From an uncultured Nitrososphaerales archaeon (GTDB lineage Archaea > Thermoproteota > Nitrososphaeria > Nitrososphaerales > Gagatemarchaeaceae): a stretch of 64,000 bases of DNA. The notes below the pieces were generated by a model. That model did no database searches. It had not been told where the DNA came from and worked only from the letters and a program-made list of their open reading frames with translations. The stretch lies in the NCBI GenBank assembly GCA_963706445.1, contig OY970160.1, positions 1,568,001 to 1,632,000 on the forward strand, in the 5' to 3' direction. This document shows positions 1-9,546 of this stretch, piece after piece. Each line of letters starts with the position of its first letter. The first letter of the stretch is position 1. The position numbers were made by a program, and so were the translations under genes.

Positions 1-1538
1 GGGTACGGCACCTTGACGAGGATCTGGAACCTGGAAAGCTCGTCCTTCAGGTCGACCCCCTGATGGAGGCTCGGGGATATCAGGACGGACTCGTCCCTGG
101 AACCGTGGGCTTTCAGCAGGGCGGGTCTCGAAGACACCCCCTCTGTGCTAAAAAGCCTCGCCCTGTTCTGGGGAGACACGTGTTCCCTGATGTACCTGTC
201 CTGGGCGTAGGAGGTCGTGTGGACGATCCCCCGCTCTCCCCGATGTCTCGTCATGATTTCGTCTACGGCCATGGCAATCTCCCCCATATGAGCGTCCATC
301 GACTTCATGCTCAATGAAGCTACGGCGAGAGAGTAGATCCTCCTGTTCTCGACGGGAAACGTCGATTCCTTCACCCTGATGAAGGCCGCCTCTCTCTCCG
401 GGACGCCGAGGGTCTTGCAGAAGACCTCCTTGGAGAACACCGTGGCGGACATGAACAGCACGATATCGGCTGCGTCGAAGAGCCAGCCAGTGTAGGACCC
501 GACATCCAAGGGCTGGAAGACGACTTCCTCGATAGAAGCCCCGTCGTTCGACCTCCGAACCTTGTCCACCACCCAGTTGGCGGGATTGCCCTCCAAGTCC
601 TCAATGAAGGAGTCTAAGGATGCCAGAGAGCTCTTGCACGAAGCCACTTGGTCCTGGACTGCGTCATCTTCGATGTTCTCTCCAATGTAGCGCTCTAGCC
701 TCCTTTTCGCATCGGCGAGCTGATCTGCCCAGGCCGGGACTACCTCGCCCCTGTCCGAGATGACTGGGTCTGCGTTCTCCCCGCTCGGCCTGTAGTTCTG
801 GAGGAGCGACCTCCTCAGCGAGAATGAAGTGAAGCCTACCATCTGCTTCTCAAGGTCGTGAGCTTCGTCGCAAACGAGCAGCCTCCGCCGCTTGATGTCC
901 TGAGTGTACCGCAACTCGGTTAGAAAGAAGGGGTAGTTCGCAACCATCACCGGCCCCCTGAACGAATCCCACTTCTGGGCGTAGTAGTAGCAGAGCTTGC
1001 CATCTTCAAGGTGCTCACACTTCGCGTCCCTCCTGCACGCGCCCAGCTTGTGCTCCTCGTACTCCTCGAATGTCAAGTAGTGGGGGCACTCTGTGAGCTT
1101 CCAGTCGACCTGACACCTTCCTTGGCTGCATGGGAGGTTCCTCCCTGTCGAGGTAGGCACGAGGCACGTGAAGTTCGCCTTGCCGATCACCACAGGGAAG
1201 CGGAAGTCCGACGAGTACTGGTCTTGAAGCTGTTTCGTGGATGTTAGCAGGTAGGCTGAACCGAGGTGTTTGCTAAGGGCGGCGGCTATCGCGGACTTGC
1301 CGAACCCGACGGGTGCTTCGAGAATTATGAACTTCTTGGACTGGGCCAGAGCATCTTCGACTTCGGCGAGGATTTCTCTCTGCCCCGTCCTCATGGTCTT
1401 GAATGGGAAGCTCTCCAGAAGGGTGGGCTTTCGTGAGGCCTCACTTGGAACCGGTGCGCCGCACTTGGCACAGAATCTAGTTGGCCCGCCACCTACGGGC
1501 AATTTGAGGCGAGAGCCGCACTTTGTGCAGAACTTCAA
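1..1538 (-). CDS. DinG/Rad3(XPD)-family ATP-dependent helicase with N-terminal zinc ribbon (3' end outside window)
   Basis: Manual translation from TTG at 1538: MKFCTKCGSR...FCAKCG, Q motif RTGQRE, Walker A EAPVGFGKS, Cys-rich Fe-S region, LLVCDEAHD, SPSLHQGVDLKDELSRFQILVKVPY at the edge. Missing from the ORF track because it has no stop in the window. Confidence 0.9.
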   Translation of the reverse strand, partial: MKFCTKCGSRLKLPVGGGPTRFCAKCGAPVPSEASRKPTLLESFPFKTMRTGQREILAEVEDALAQSKKFIILEAPVGFGKSAIAAALSKHLGSAYLLTSTKQLQDQYSSDFRFPVVIGKANFTCLVPTSTGRNLPCSQGRCQVDWKLTECPHYLTFEEYEEHKLGACRRDAKCEHLEDGKLCYYYAQKWDSFRGPVMVANYPFFLTELRYTQDIKRRRLLVCDEAHDLEKQMVGFTSFSLRRSLLQNYRPSGENADPVISDRGEVVPAWADQLADAKRRLERYIGENIEDDAVQDQVASCKSSLASLDSFIEDLEGNPANWVVDKVRRSNDGASIEEVVFQPLDVGSYTGWLFDAADIVLFMSATVFSKEVFCKTLGVPEREAAFIRVKESTFPVENRRIYSLAVASLSMKSMDAHMGEIAMAVDEIMTRHRGERGIVHTTSYAQDRYIREHVSPQNRARLFSTEGVSSRPALLKAHGSRDESVLISPSLHQGVDLKDELSRFQILVKVPY

Positions 1539-1657
1539 TGAAGACGCAGTTCAGATTCGCGACTTGCTATTAATCAAGGCGCCTTATTGAATCTGGATTG
1601 GAAGTGATCTTCCGGAACCCAACCACCCTTAACTACGATCGATGCTGGACAGGTTGT

Positions 1658-1837
1658 ATGCCTCGAATAGAGCTCTATGAAGGTGCGAAGAAGATAGCGG
1701 ACATTGGCCTCCCCGAGAAGAAGTTCAGTACCGGCTCAATAGGCTACTGGGCCACTCAGAAGCTGGAGATCAATGGGAAGAGGTACCAATGCCAGTTCCA
1801 GATGGTTGAGATCGGGTCCAAGCAGAAGAAAGAGTAG
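1658..1837 (+). CDS. Small basic beta-rich hypothetical protein (59 aa)
   Basis: MPRIELYEGAKKIADIGLPEKKFSTGSIGYWATQKLEINGKRYQCQFQMVEIGSKQKKE; TATA-like CTTAA about 28 nt upstream of ATG. Confidence 0.7.
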   Translation: MPRIELYEGAKKIADIGLPEKKFSTGSIGYWATQKLEINGKRYQCQFQMVEIGSKQKKE

Positions 1838-1896
1838 CAGGACTGCACATGGTGGGTCGGCCTGAAAAGGTAGAATGAGAGTTTTGGTGGGGAACT

Positions 1897-3771
1897 TCAA
1901 ATCAGCTCCATCCTCGACCTGAAGAACTTCTCCGTGTCCTTGTCCGTGAAGTATGCGTAACACCCTTTCATCCCCCTGCTGAAGAGCACCCGGTAAGTGT
2001 GCTTGGTCAGGTCGGTGAACCTGTCCTTGTCTCGCTTCACCACCGCGTCGTGGGAGCTCTCCGGGTGCCCCTCCCAGGCCTGCCTGTCGAAGTTGTACCT
2101 GAGGTCAGGCCCCATGATTACCCCCGCGTAGTCGAACTCGAATCCCTGGGCGTTATAGACGCACCCGACCTGGTTTATCCCATTGGGGTCGTCGGCCCAG
2201 AGCGTGGCCTTGGGGATGCCCTTCGCAAGCTTCCTAGCCTCTGGCCTGGCATCCCATGGCCTCCTGTACTCTCCGATGACCACGTCGTCGTTCAGGTTCC
2301 CCTCGGAATCGGGCATCGACCAGTGCCAGCAGTACCCGGCCGTGACCCTCCCGGTGTTTCCCTCGGTCACCTTCTCTCTGATGGCCGTTTCCACTGCCTC
2401 GGGGCTCTCGAAAATCTTGAAGTCGAACTCCTCCTTCCTCTCCCAAATCACGTTGGCCGTCCTCCGTATCCCTATGGTGTTGTCCACCCAGTTGACGAAG
2501 GCGTCCGACCCGTTGCACCTGAACTGCGCCTGCAGCTCGTACTCCAGGACCTTGCAGCTCATCCTCTCGGCGCTTTCTTTGATGTATTGGACGGAACCGA
2601 TTTCCCCGGGACGGACAATTTGGTAGTCGTCGATGAAAAAGACCGTCGACTTCGCCGCCTTGATCAGCTCGTCAATCTGGGGCAGCCCGGTCCTGTCCTC
2701 CTTCCTGGTGAACCTGCTCACGCTCGTCTGCCTGATCCTGTGGGCCTCGTCGGCCAGGAGGACGTCCACCGCGTCTCTCTCGGCGTTGGGGTAGCTGTTG
2801 AAGTACCTGAACTGGATTGAGCCCAGCTGGCCTATCTTCTTCCTGAGGGTCTCGGTGAAGGCCCGGGACCCGGTCGCATACTGGGTGTTGTACCCATTGT
2901 GGAGCAGGTCTGCCATCACGTTGACCGCGATGAGCGACTTCCCGGTGCCTGGTCCTCCCTTTACAATTACGACGGTCTTCTGCTTGTCGTGGAAGCCACT
3001 CTTGGCCATGGTGAGAATCTTGTCGTAGACTACGAGCTGGTCGTCGAGCAGAATGTACTCGTTCCTCCCTTTGATCATTGCGTAGACATTCTCCATCAGC
3101 TTCTTGCTGGGGCGATACTTGCTCTGCTCGATCCTCTTGAGCACGTCGGCCCCCTGACCTCCCTCGAGCCGTTGGACGAGGCGATCCTTCATCTTGGGCA
3201 CGTCCTCCGCGGTGAAGACGGGACATCTAGCCCTGACCTCGTCGAACTTTGGGGAAAACAGCTCGTCCTCGGAATAGTAATTGTAGTTGTGCAGGTACGT
3301 GCAAGCGTCGAGGGCAACAGGACTGTGGTCATCGTGGAACGCGGTGTGCGTGTTCGCCAGGTACAACTTGTACCGCTCGACCTGGGCCGAGGGGTGGAGC
3401 ACGTCCCTTTGACCTCCGCCGACCCAGGTGCTCACTTCGTTCTCGCCGTCTGCCGCCGAGCATTTCTCCCACTGCTTCAGCTCGATGATCACGGCGCCAT
3501 CAGCATCACGTCCATCCCTTCCGCAGATTAGACAGTCGAGCCTGAGCGACGAGAGCGGGAGTTGGTACTCCAGCATGACGCCGTGGTCGAGCAGGTTGGC
3601 GTACTGGAAGACCTGGGAGAGCGCCCTCAGCGAGTTCCGCCAGGAGTTGACCTCCCCGGGCGATGGATTGTAGCGAAAATACTCGAAGAAGGCGAGCCTG
3701 AGCTTCTCCGCAATCTGGTTCTGGACTGTGTCCTCGATGAACTGAGGGGATAGGCCAGAATATAGTCGCAT
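1897..3771 (-). CDS. DUF2075 (Schlafen group-3-like) DNA/RNA helicase with N-terminal nuclease-like domain
   Basis: N-terminal EYQLP..RLDCLI..IIELKQW (PD-(D/E)xK-like), Walker A GGPGTGKS, Walker B LLADEAHR, C-terminal QGFEFDY and YRVLFSRGMKGCY. Confidence 0.88.
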   Translation of the reverse strand: MRLYSGLSPQFIEDTVQNQIAEKLRLAFFEYFRYNPSPGEVNSWRNSLRALSQVFQYANLLDHGVMLEYQLPLSSLRLDCLICGRDGRDADGAVIIELKQWEKCSAADGENEVSTWVGGGQRDVLHPSAQVERYKLYLANTHTAFHDDHSPVALDACTYLHNYNYYSEDELFSPKFDEVRARCPVFTAEDVPKMKDRLVQRLEGGQGADVLKRIEQSKYRPSKKLMENVYAMIKGRNEYILLDDQLVVYDKILTMAKSGFHDKQKTVVIVKGGPGTGKSLIAVNVMADLLHNGYNTQYATGSRAFTETLRKKIGQLGSIQFRYFNSYPNAERDAVDVLLADEAHRIRQTSVSRFTRKEDRTGLPQIDELIKAAKSTVFFIDDYQIVRPGEIGSVQYIKESAERMSCKVLEYELQAQFRCNGSDAFVNWVDNTIGIRRTANVIWERKEEFDFKIFESPEAVETAIREKVTEGNTGRVTAGYCWHWSMPDSEGNLNDDVVIGEYRRPWDARPEARKLAKGIPKATLWADDPNGINQVGCVYNAQGFEFDYAGVIMGPDLRYNFDRQAWEGHPESSHDAVVKRDKDRFTDLTKHTYRVLFSRGMKGCYAYFTDKDTEKFFRSRMELI

Positions 3772-3774
3772 GCC

Positions 3775-4140
3775 CTATAGTTCGTTGTACTTCTTACTTG
3801 ATCCTTTTGCCTTCTCGACAGGATACTTCCTCGCATTTTCCCGTATCTTCTCCTCGAGTGAGCTGGAGACGTCAATGTCGTACTTCTGGGCAAGCCTCAG
3901 CGCAAAATAGAAGATATCAGCAAGCTCATATCGTGCAGCCTTGGCAAATGACCGGTCCCTAAGCATCACGTCTATCTCTGATTCGGACTTGAATCGGAAC
4001 ATCTCCAGGAGTTCAGAGGCCTCTGTCACTATCCCGATCGCGAGGTCCTTGGCGTTGTGGAACTGGTCCCAATCGCGTTCTTCAGTGAACCTCTTGACCA
4101 TCTCTTTGAGGTCGGCTACTCTTGTCTCAGGGTCCTTCAT
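3775..4140 (-). CDS. MazG-like nucleotide pyrophosphohydrolase (dCTP pyrophosphatase type)
   Basis: ERDWDQFHNAKDLAIGIVTEASELLE...ELADIF...KIRENARKYP; 3 bp from the DUF2075 gene. Confidence 0.9.
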   Translation of the reverse strand: MKDPETRVADLKEMVKRFTEERDWDQFHNAKDLAIGIVTEASELLEMFRFKSESEIDVMLRDRSFAKAARYELADIFYFALRLAQKYDIDVSSSLEEKIRENARKYPVEKAKGSSKKYNEL

Positions 4141-4159
4141 GAGCCCTTCGCGCAAGCTA

Positions 4160-4184
4160 GCTACGTGTTACGTAGCGCTTTAAA
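4160..4184 (-). promoter_or_regulatory. Inverted repeat (GCTACGT-N3-ACGTAGC) next to the TATA box of the mazG-DUF2075 operon
   Basis: Perfect 7-3-7 palindrome at 4160-4176, between TTTAAA (4179-4184) and the ATG at 4140. Confidence 0.5.
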
Positions 4185-4290
4185 CACAACGAGATTCGCT
4201 TGCGGAGGCCTGGGGTGGTGATCCCAGCTACGGTCGCCGAGCCTCGTCTTTGCTGAAAGACTCAAATCAAGCAGTGGTAGGTATCTGAAC

Positions 4291-5229
4291 GTGGATAACT
4301 GGCCTTCGATTCTTGGGAAGTTCCTCTTTCAGACTCGGTCCGGGGATCTCAAGTTTGCGACATACCCAAAGGAATGGCAAGGTCTGAAGCTGAGGGTGTC
4401 CTTCGGGCAGGGGGTGGCAGCTAGAGTTCCCTGGATGGCATTCATCGCATCAGAGATGCAGGTCAGCAAAGGCTTCTACCCGGTCTACTTGTTCTATCGG
4501 GAACTCGACACCCTCGTGTTAGCTTATGGCGTAAGCGAGACTGAAGAGTTCGCCAAGAAATGGCCGCCTGAAATTGTGAATGATACTCAGACCATTAGGG
4601 AGTTCTTCGGCAAGGACGTCCCAAGGTATGGAGACTCCTTTGTCTACAAAGCATACAAGGTGAGTTTGGATGAAGGCGTTGTCCAATACACGTCCCCAAA
4701 TGGCAAACCAGTCTCGGATAAGGACTTGGAAGTTGATCTGTCTAGGATCATTGAATATTTCAAGAAGGTTGTTTCGACTGAAGTAGCAAAGCCAGATTCG
4801 GCCATCGGTCAGGGGATTTTCTACATGGAAAAGCAGTTAGAAGACTTTCTGATCAATAACTGGGATAACACGGAGCTCGGCAGGAAGTACAGCTTGATTG
4901 AGGAAGAAGGCGAGGTAATAAGTCGGCAATTCAAAACTGATGTCAGTTCCATAGACATCTTAGCGAAAGACAAGAAAACGAACTCCTACGTGGTCATCGA
5001 ACTAAAGAAGAACCAGACAAGTGATGATACTGTTGGTCAAGCGGCTCGGTATATGGGTTGGATCAAGGCGAAAAAAGGTGACAATAACGTGAAGGGAATC
5101 ATAATAGCGGCAGAGTTTGATGAGAAGGTAGAATATGCTCTCCGAGTTGTTCCGAACGTGGAAGTCTTCCTGTCCAAGGTCGACTTCCAGCTGATGGCAC
5201 CCAGACCAGAACAAACACTTCGAAACTAG
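4291..5229 (+). CDS. McrB N-terminal (DUF3578-like) methylcytosine-reader domain fused to NucS/DUF91-like PD-(D/E)xK endonuclease
   Basis: N-terminus LRVSFGQG..RVPWMAF..GFYPVYLFY..LVLAYGVSET..RYGDS parallels E. coli McrB-N (recalled); C-terminus MEKQLEDFL..IDILAKD..VVIELKK..VGQAARYMGW. Visibly more AT-rich than its neighbours. Confidence 0.85.
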   Translation: MDNWPSILGKFLFQTRSGDLKFATYPKEWQGLKLRVSFGQGVAARVPWMAFIASEMQVSKGFYPVYLFYRELDTLVLAYGVSETEEFAKKWPPEIVNDTQTIREFFGKDVPRYGDSFVYKAYKVSLDEGVVQYTSPNGKPVSDKDLEVDLSRIIEYFKKVVSTEVAKPDSAIGQGIFYMEKQLEDFLINNWDNTELGRKYSLIEEEGEVISRQFKTDVSSIDILAKDKKTNSYVVIELKKNQTSDDTVGQAARYMGWIKAKKGDNNVKGIIIAAEFDEKVEYALRVVPNVEVFLSKVDFQLMAPRPEQTLRN

Positions 5230-5317
5230 AAGCCAATGTTCGTCATGCAAAAGGGTCCATTGCGCCTCCTCCGGAAATATCTCATTCTTGCGATAGCGAG
5301 GACTGCCTGTTCCCGAT

Positions 5318-6265
5318 TTAGATTCCTAGTGCTTCTCTGAGACCCTTGTACCTATTTCTAATCGTGACCTCCGTAACCCTTGCAGCCTCCGCCACGTCCT
5401 TCTGCGTCTTCTCTTCCCCCTCCAGCGTGCAGGCTACGTAGAGAGCTGACGCCGCAAGCCCCATGGGGTCCTTCCCGGCCGAAATCCCGGTCTGCTTCGC
5501 CCTGAACAGGATCTCCCTCGCCCTCCTCTGCGTCTTCTCAGACATCTTTGCCCTCGATGCGATCCCCGACACGCACTTCGTCGCGTCGGCCACAGGCATC
5601 TGGAAGTCCATCTCCCTGTGAAGGAGCCTGTACGACCTCGCGAGGTCCTTCTTCTTGACGTTGCTCACCGCGGCCACGTCCTTCAGTGTCCTCGGCACTT
5701 CGCCGTCCCTGCACGCGGCGTAGAGCGAAGCGGCCATCATAGCGGTTATCGACCTTCCCCGGACAAGGTTGCGCTCCAGCGCCTTCCTGTAGAAGTATGC
5801 GGCCCTCTCCGTCACCGCCTCTGACACAGTCAACTTGTCCGCGAACCTTCTCAGCTCGTTGAACGCCTGGCGGAGGTTCCTGTCGGCCGACTCGTGGACC
5901 TGGCTGCGCCTGTCCCATGTCCTGAGCCTTTCGACAGTCGTCTTCATGGACCCGGACAGCGACCTGCCCGAGGCGTCCTTGTTGAGCGACCCTATGACAG
6001 TGGCCAGCCCCATGTCGTGCATGGCTATGGAAGTCGGAATCCCCGTCCTGCTCCTGTCCCCCTTCTCGTCCCCTGAAAATGATCTCCACTCAGGCCCCAT
6101 GTCCACAATCTTCTCCTTCACCACCAGCCCGCACGCCGCGCAGTAGTACTCGGACCCGGTCCCGTCGGTCACCATGCTTGCCTTGCCGCAGCGGGGGCAC
6201 TTGCCAGTGTTCCGTTCCATCTTTAGCAGCCGCGAGTAGTCAGCTGGGGTATCCAATTTTTTCAC
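5318..6265 (-). CDS. tfb: Transcription initiation factor IIB
   Basis: Zn ribbon CPRCG..CAACG, GPEWRSF, two cyclin repeats, C-terminal TEVTIRNRY. Confidence 0.97.
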   Translation of the reverse strand: MKKLDTPADYSRLLKMERNTGKCPRCGKASMVTDGTGSEYYCAACGLVVKEKIVDMGPEWRSFSGDEKGDRSRTGIPTSIAMHDMGLATVIGSLNKDASGRSLSGSMKTTVERLRTWDRRSQVHESADRNLRQAFNELRRFADKLTVSEAVTERAAYFYRKALERNLVRGRSITAMMAASLYAACRDGEVPRTLKDVAAVSNVKKKDLARSYRLLHREMDFQMPVADATKCVSGIASRAKMSEKTQRRAREILFRAKQTGISAGKDPMGLAASALYVACTLEGEEKTQKDVAEAARVTEVTIRNRYKGLREALGI

Positions 6266-6384
6266 TTAACAGTAGTACCGGTTACTACGAAGCAACCTGC
6301 AGCATCCTTCTATTTAAAGGGCGAACCCGCGTCTCATCAAAATTGGCACTGTGGCGAGGCCCTGAAGCCCTGGCCGGCGTAATT

Positions 6385-6801
6385 CTAGGACCATACGCCT
6401 CCAAATCTGGGCGGGCTGCCGTTGCTCACCACAAACATGCCAGTAAGGTTTGAGCCGGTCTGAGGGGTCGTGCTCAGCGAGCCGCTGACATCGCAGGAGA
6501 CAATTGCCGCAGAGCCTCCAGCTGGAACGACGTTGGCTCCTCCGATCTTGCCATCGTATGACTGTCCGAGATAGGTCAGGCTACAACCTGTTATCGACCC
6601 GTTGGCTGTCCCTGAATTGGTCAGGGTGGTTGAGCACACGCGAGTCGAAGAGTTACACGATACCTGCTGGACTGAAATCAGAGCCTCGTTTGGAGGTTCG
6701 CAGCCGCAAACGACAAATATGCTCCAAGAGAGGAAGATCACAACTAGGGCAACGCCAACGACTGGAATCAACGCGATGATCGCTTTCGTCCTCAGTTTCA
6801 A
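6385..6801 (-). CDS. Membrane-anchored extracellular hypothetical protein
   Basis: N-terminal hydrophobic helix followed by a Ser/Thr/Cys-rich beta domain. Confidence 0.7.
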   Translation of the reverse strand: MKLRTKAIIALIPVVGVALVVIFLSWSIFVVCGCEPPNEALISVQQVSCNSSTRVCSTTLTNSGTANGSITGCSLTYLGQSYDGKIGGANVVPAGGSAAIVSCDVSGSLSTTPQTGSNLTGMFVVSNGSPPRFGGVWS

Positions 6802-6979
6802 CCGGGTGTCACCAGGAACTGCAACTTGCGAATCAGATGCTCGTCCAATACTTACGGAATATGGAACCTGCGTCTATCCCCTTGGTCTTCCCTGACCCCC
6901 AAGGGCCATCATGCATTGACAAACTGAACCTGGAGTCCATAATGATTAAGGTCGAAAGACGTGTCAATCAGGGCTGACA

Positions 6980-7681
6980 TTGTCCTTCTGCACGTCCTGC
7001 GGAAACTTAGTCCCTGCTGCCGCGCGCTACTGTCCTCTATGCGGGTCGAGTACTGCTGAACTCGTCGTCTCCAGTCCCTCAAGATCCGTCCAGTTGACCC
7101 TTCAGAGTCCGGTTCCCGAGAGGCCCCGGGTCGAAGCCGTCAACGCTGTTGCCGTTCAGGCAGAGTTGAGCCCCAAAGATTCAGAGGGAATGCGCCCTCT
7201 GAGCGATTCGGAATACACCAAAATCAAACGGATGGGAGCGGGGAAAAGGAACGCTGCCGTCCTGGTGGGATTCATCGGTGGGATGCTTGGAGTGATAACG
7301 ATGTTCTCTCCCCCCGCCGACCCTACAGTTCTCTCCATTGAAGTCATAATCCTCGAGATCGTCGGCCTGGTGCTCGCTTCGCTCTCCCGGAGAGCGAGGA
7401 TGATCGTTTCGCGGACCATAGAGCTTGGGACGGCATCTGAAGCCTATGGCGTTGCCAGGAGCCTGGCAGACGGGACCGATGCGATCGACATGGGCGCCGC
7501 ACGGTTCCTCCCCCTCGGTAAGTCGAATGAGTTCTCTGAGCTCACAAAGGCGGAGAGGGGACCGGTCAGGGTGGTCTTCGCCGGGCCCACCAAGGAGAAG
7601 AATCCCCACGTCTTGCTCCTTGAAGCGGGCGCCAAGAGTTTCCTGTCACCTGTTCCCTGTTCATGGGTGAGAACAACTTGA
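6980..7681 (+). CDS. Zinc-ribbon membrane protein
   Basis: FCTSCG..YCPLCG N-terminus and two predicted TM helices. Confidence 0.7.
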   Translation: MSFCTSCGNLVPAAARYCPLCGSSTAELVVSSPSRSVQLTLQSPVPERPRVEAVNAVAVQAELSPKDSEGMRPLSDSEYTKIKRMGAGKRNAAVLVGFIGGMLGVITMFSPPADPTVLSIEVIILEIVGLVLASLSRRARMIVSRTIELGTASEAYGVARSLADGTDAIDMGAARFLPLGKSNEFSELTKAERGPVRVVFAGPTKEKNPHVLLLEAGAKSFLSPVPCSWVRTT

Positions 7682-8769
7682 GAGTCCCATACATTCACAG
7701 GCTGCTCATCCTTGCGCTCGTCATTGTGATGGCCTCCATGGTCGTCTCGCGCCCGGTCATGGCGGCGGCCGAGGTCGCCTTCGACCCGAACGGCAATCCG
7801 AACGCAAATCCGGACTTTAGCTTCCCAGCTGGCGCGACGATCTATTTCGTTGTGACCTTGGACAGCGGGTGCAGCTCGGCCCAGATCTACTGGGGTGACG
7901 GCAGTTCAGACACCGGGAGTTCCAGCACGGGAGTCGTTCATTTCACGCATCAGTATTCTGACGCCGGTACCTACCCGGTGAATGCCGTTGACATGTGCGA
8001 CGGCCAGAGTCTGAACACTCTGGACGTTGTGGTGGAAGGCTTGAGTTTTCCCATTAACATTTACAGTGCCTCATTCCCGGTGAGCGTGGCGGCTGCCATA
8101 GGCGGATTCGCGATAATGGCGTTGGCGAACCCAAGGGTGAAGGGGAGCCAGAAGCGCGCCAAGGGTTCGCTCTCAGGCCTCGCGGGCAATCAGAGCCCAT
8201 CGGGTAGGAAGGCCCCGGCTTGGGGTTACAAGCGTCCCGTAGGATACACTGCCGGGCCGGCTCAGCCGACCGGTCAGACAGGCGGAGTCCCATCGCCCAT
8301 CAGCGGGGGAGTGGGCTATTCCGTCGACCTCGGAAGAAACATCGGAATGCCCATCGGACCGCAGCAGGGGATCCCAATCACTGGGGTGGGTGCGAGTGTC
8401 GCGACGCCTGAGGTCTCCCCTCTTCCGTATCTCAACGCCGTGTGGGGGCCAAACGGTGTCACCCTCACCTGGGGACAGCCTCAGTTCGACCAGAATCAGT
8501 ATTCATTACTCGGATACCAGGTGTCCATCCTGACCTACGGTCCCAACAACACCATGCCAGTGCAGACCGTCATATCAGTTCAGCCGCCGGGCCCAGGCCA
8601 GGTCAACCTGCCTTTTGACCAGACATTCAGGTATAACTCCGGAGGCGACATCGCTGGCTTCCGCGTGGACCCGATCTTCGGCAAGATCGTAGACGGTACT
8701 CAGACCGTAGGCAAGGGGAGTGGTCTCGTCGCCAAATTTGGCAGCTCTGTCGGGACCTTCGGACTCTGA
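7663..8769 (+). CDS. PKD-domain surface protein with TM segment and Pro/Gly-rich C-terminal region
   Basis: Signal peptide, IYWGDGS..FTHQYSDAGTYPV PKD motif, TM segment, low-complexity linker, beta-rich tail. Confidence 0.75.
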   Translation: MGENNLRVPYIHRLLILALVIVMASMVVSRPVMAAAEVAFDPNGNPNANPDFSFPAGATIYFVVTLDSGCSSAQIYWGDGSSDTGSSSTGVVHFTHQYSDAGTYPVNAVDMCDGQSLNTLDVVVEGLSFPINIYSASFPVSVAAAIGGFAIMALANPRVKGSQKRAKGSLSGLAGNQSPSGRKAPAWGYKRPVGYTAGPAQPTGQTGGVPSPISGGVGYSVDLGRNIGMPIGPQQGIPITGVGASVATPEVSPLPYLNAVWGPNGVTLTWGQPQFDQNQYSLLGYQVSILTYGPNNTMPVQTVISVQPPGPGQVNLPFDQTFRYNSGGDIAGFRVDPIFGKIVDGTQTVGKGSGLVAKFGSSVGTFGL

Positions 8770-8783
8770 TAGGTCTCTCTGGC

Positions 8784-8859
8784 TCCAGGCTCAGACCCAA
8801 GCCTTTGGCTTCCAAGCCAGTCACGTCTAACGAGACTGGCCTGAGGTCTAGATTACCGA
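8784..8859 (-). pseudogene. Fragment of a LEA_2-family gene, repeat of 11577-11652
   Basis: 66/76 nt identical to 11577-11652; translates as GNLDLRPVSLDVTGLEAKGLGLSLE versus GNLQLRSVSLDVTGLNANGMGLSLD. Confidence 0.8.
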
Positions 8860-8971
8860 GAGCCGCCTGGGGCTCGCAGAAGGTCGGTGTGAGGGGCACC
8901 TGATACCCTTTAGTGGGGGCGCAGGCAGGGGCGTCACGAACCCAGCCAGACTGGCGCTCCTGATAGTCACG

Positions 8972-9433
8972 GTGGCGATAGTGGCTGCTGCGGGCCTCCT
9001 GGTAGCTTTGCCATACTTCACAGGCCAAAGGACAAGCTCTAGCTCTGTCGGGACGACCATCTACTCGACAGTGACGACCAGCGCCAACTCTACCTACACC
9101 TTCGGGTGCCCAGCGAACTCCACCTGCGACTTCTTCATATCTCTCACGATCAACGTCACCTGCACCGGATGCTCCTTCGCCGGAGAGTACACCGCTCCCA
9201 ACGCCGATTCCAGTCCGACCCATGTGTCGGGGAGCGGCAACCAGTCATACACCGCGAGCAGCTTTGATTCTCCCCTCAACCTAACCTGGAACATATCGAA
9301 GGGCTCGTCGGGGGGGACCCTGGAGGTGAAGGTCATCAGCCAGGATGGGCAGGTGTATTACGACAGGAGCACCGGCGCCCCATTTGGGACCCTGGAGGGC
9401 CGATGGGACGTCACCGTTGCGCCAGACTCGTAG
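8972..9433 (+). CDS. Secreted/membrane-anchored Ser/Thr-rich protein (true start probably upstream)
   Basis: Hydrophobic N-terminus and an Ig-like beta-rich domain with paired Cys. Confidence 0.7.
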   Translation: MAIVAAAGLLVALPYFTGQRTSSSSVGTTIYSTVTTSANSTYTFGCPANSTCDFFISLTINVTCTGCSFAGEYTAPNADSSPTHVSGSGNQSYTASSFDSPLNLTWNISKGSSGGTLEVKVISQDGQVYYDRSTGAPFGTLEGRWDVTVAPDS

Positions 9434-9546
9434 GAAAGGACCTATCCTCTGTGAAGTCGACGGCGCAATTCGGGTGGCTGTTCTGCCTTCTTTCATCTTG
9501 TTCTCCTGACTAGCATTATAACCCCTAGCGAAGTCCGTTCTCAAAC

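Noticed and set aside
1999-3531. Long antisense ORFs (e.g. 1999-2820, 2899-3531, and similar ones throughout the window)
   Set aside because: They are shadows of GC-rich genes on the opposite strand and carry no recognisable motifs.
8627-9223. 198-aa minus-strand ORF as a real gene
   Set aside because: Only about 25 codons are meaningful (the LEA_2 remnant); the rest is antisense to real genes.
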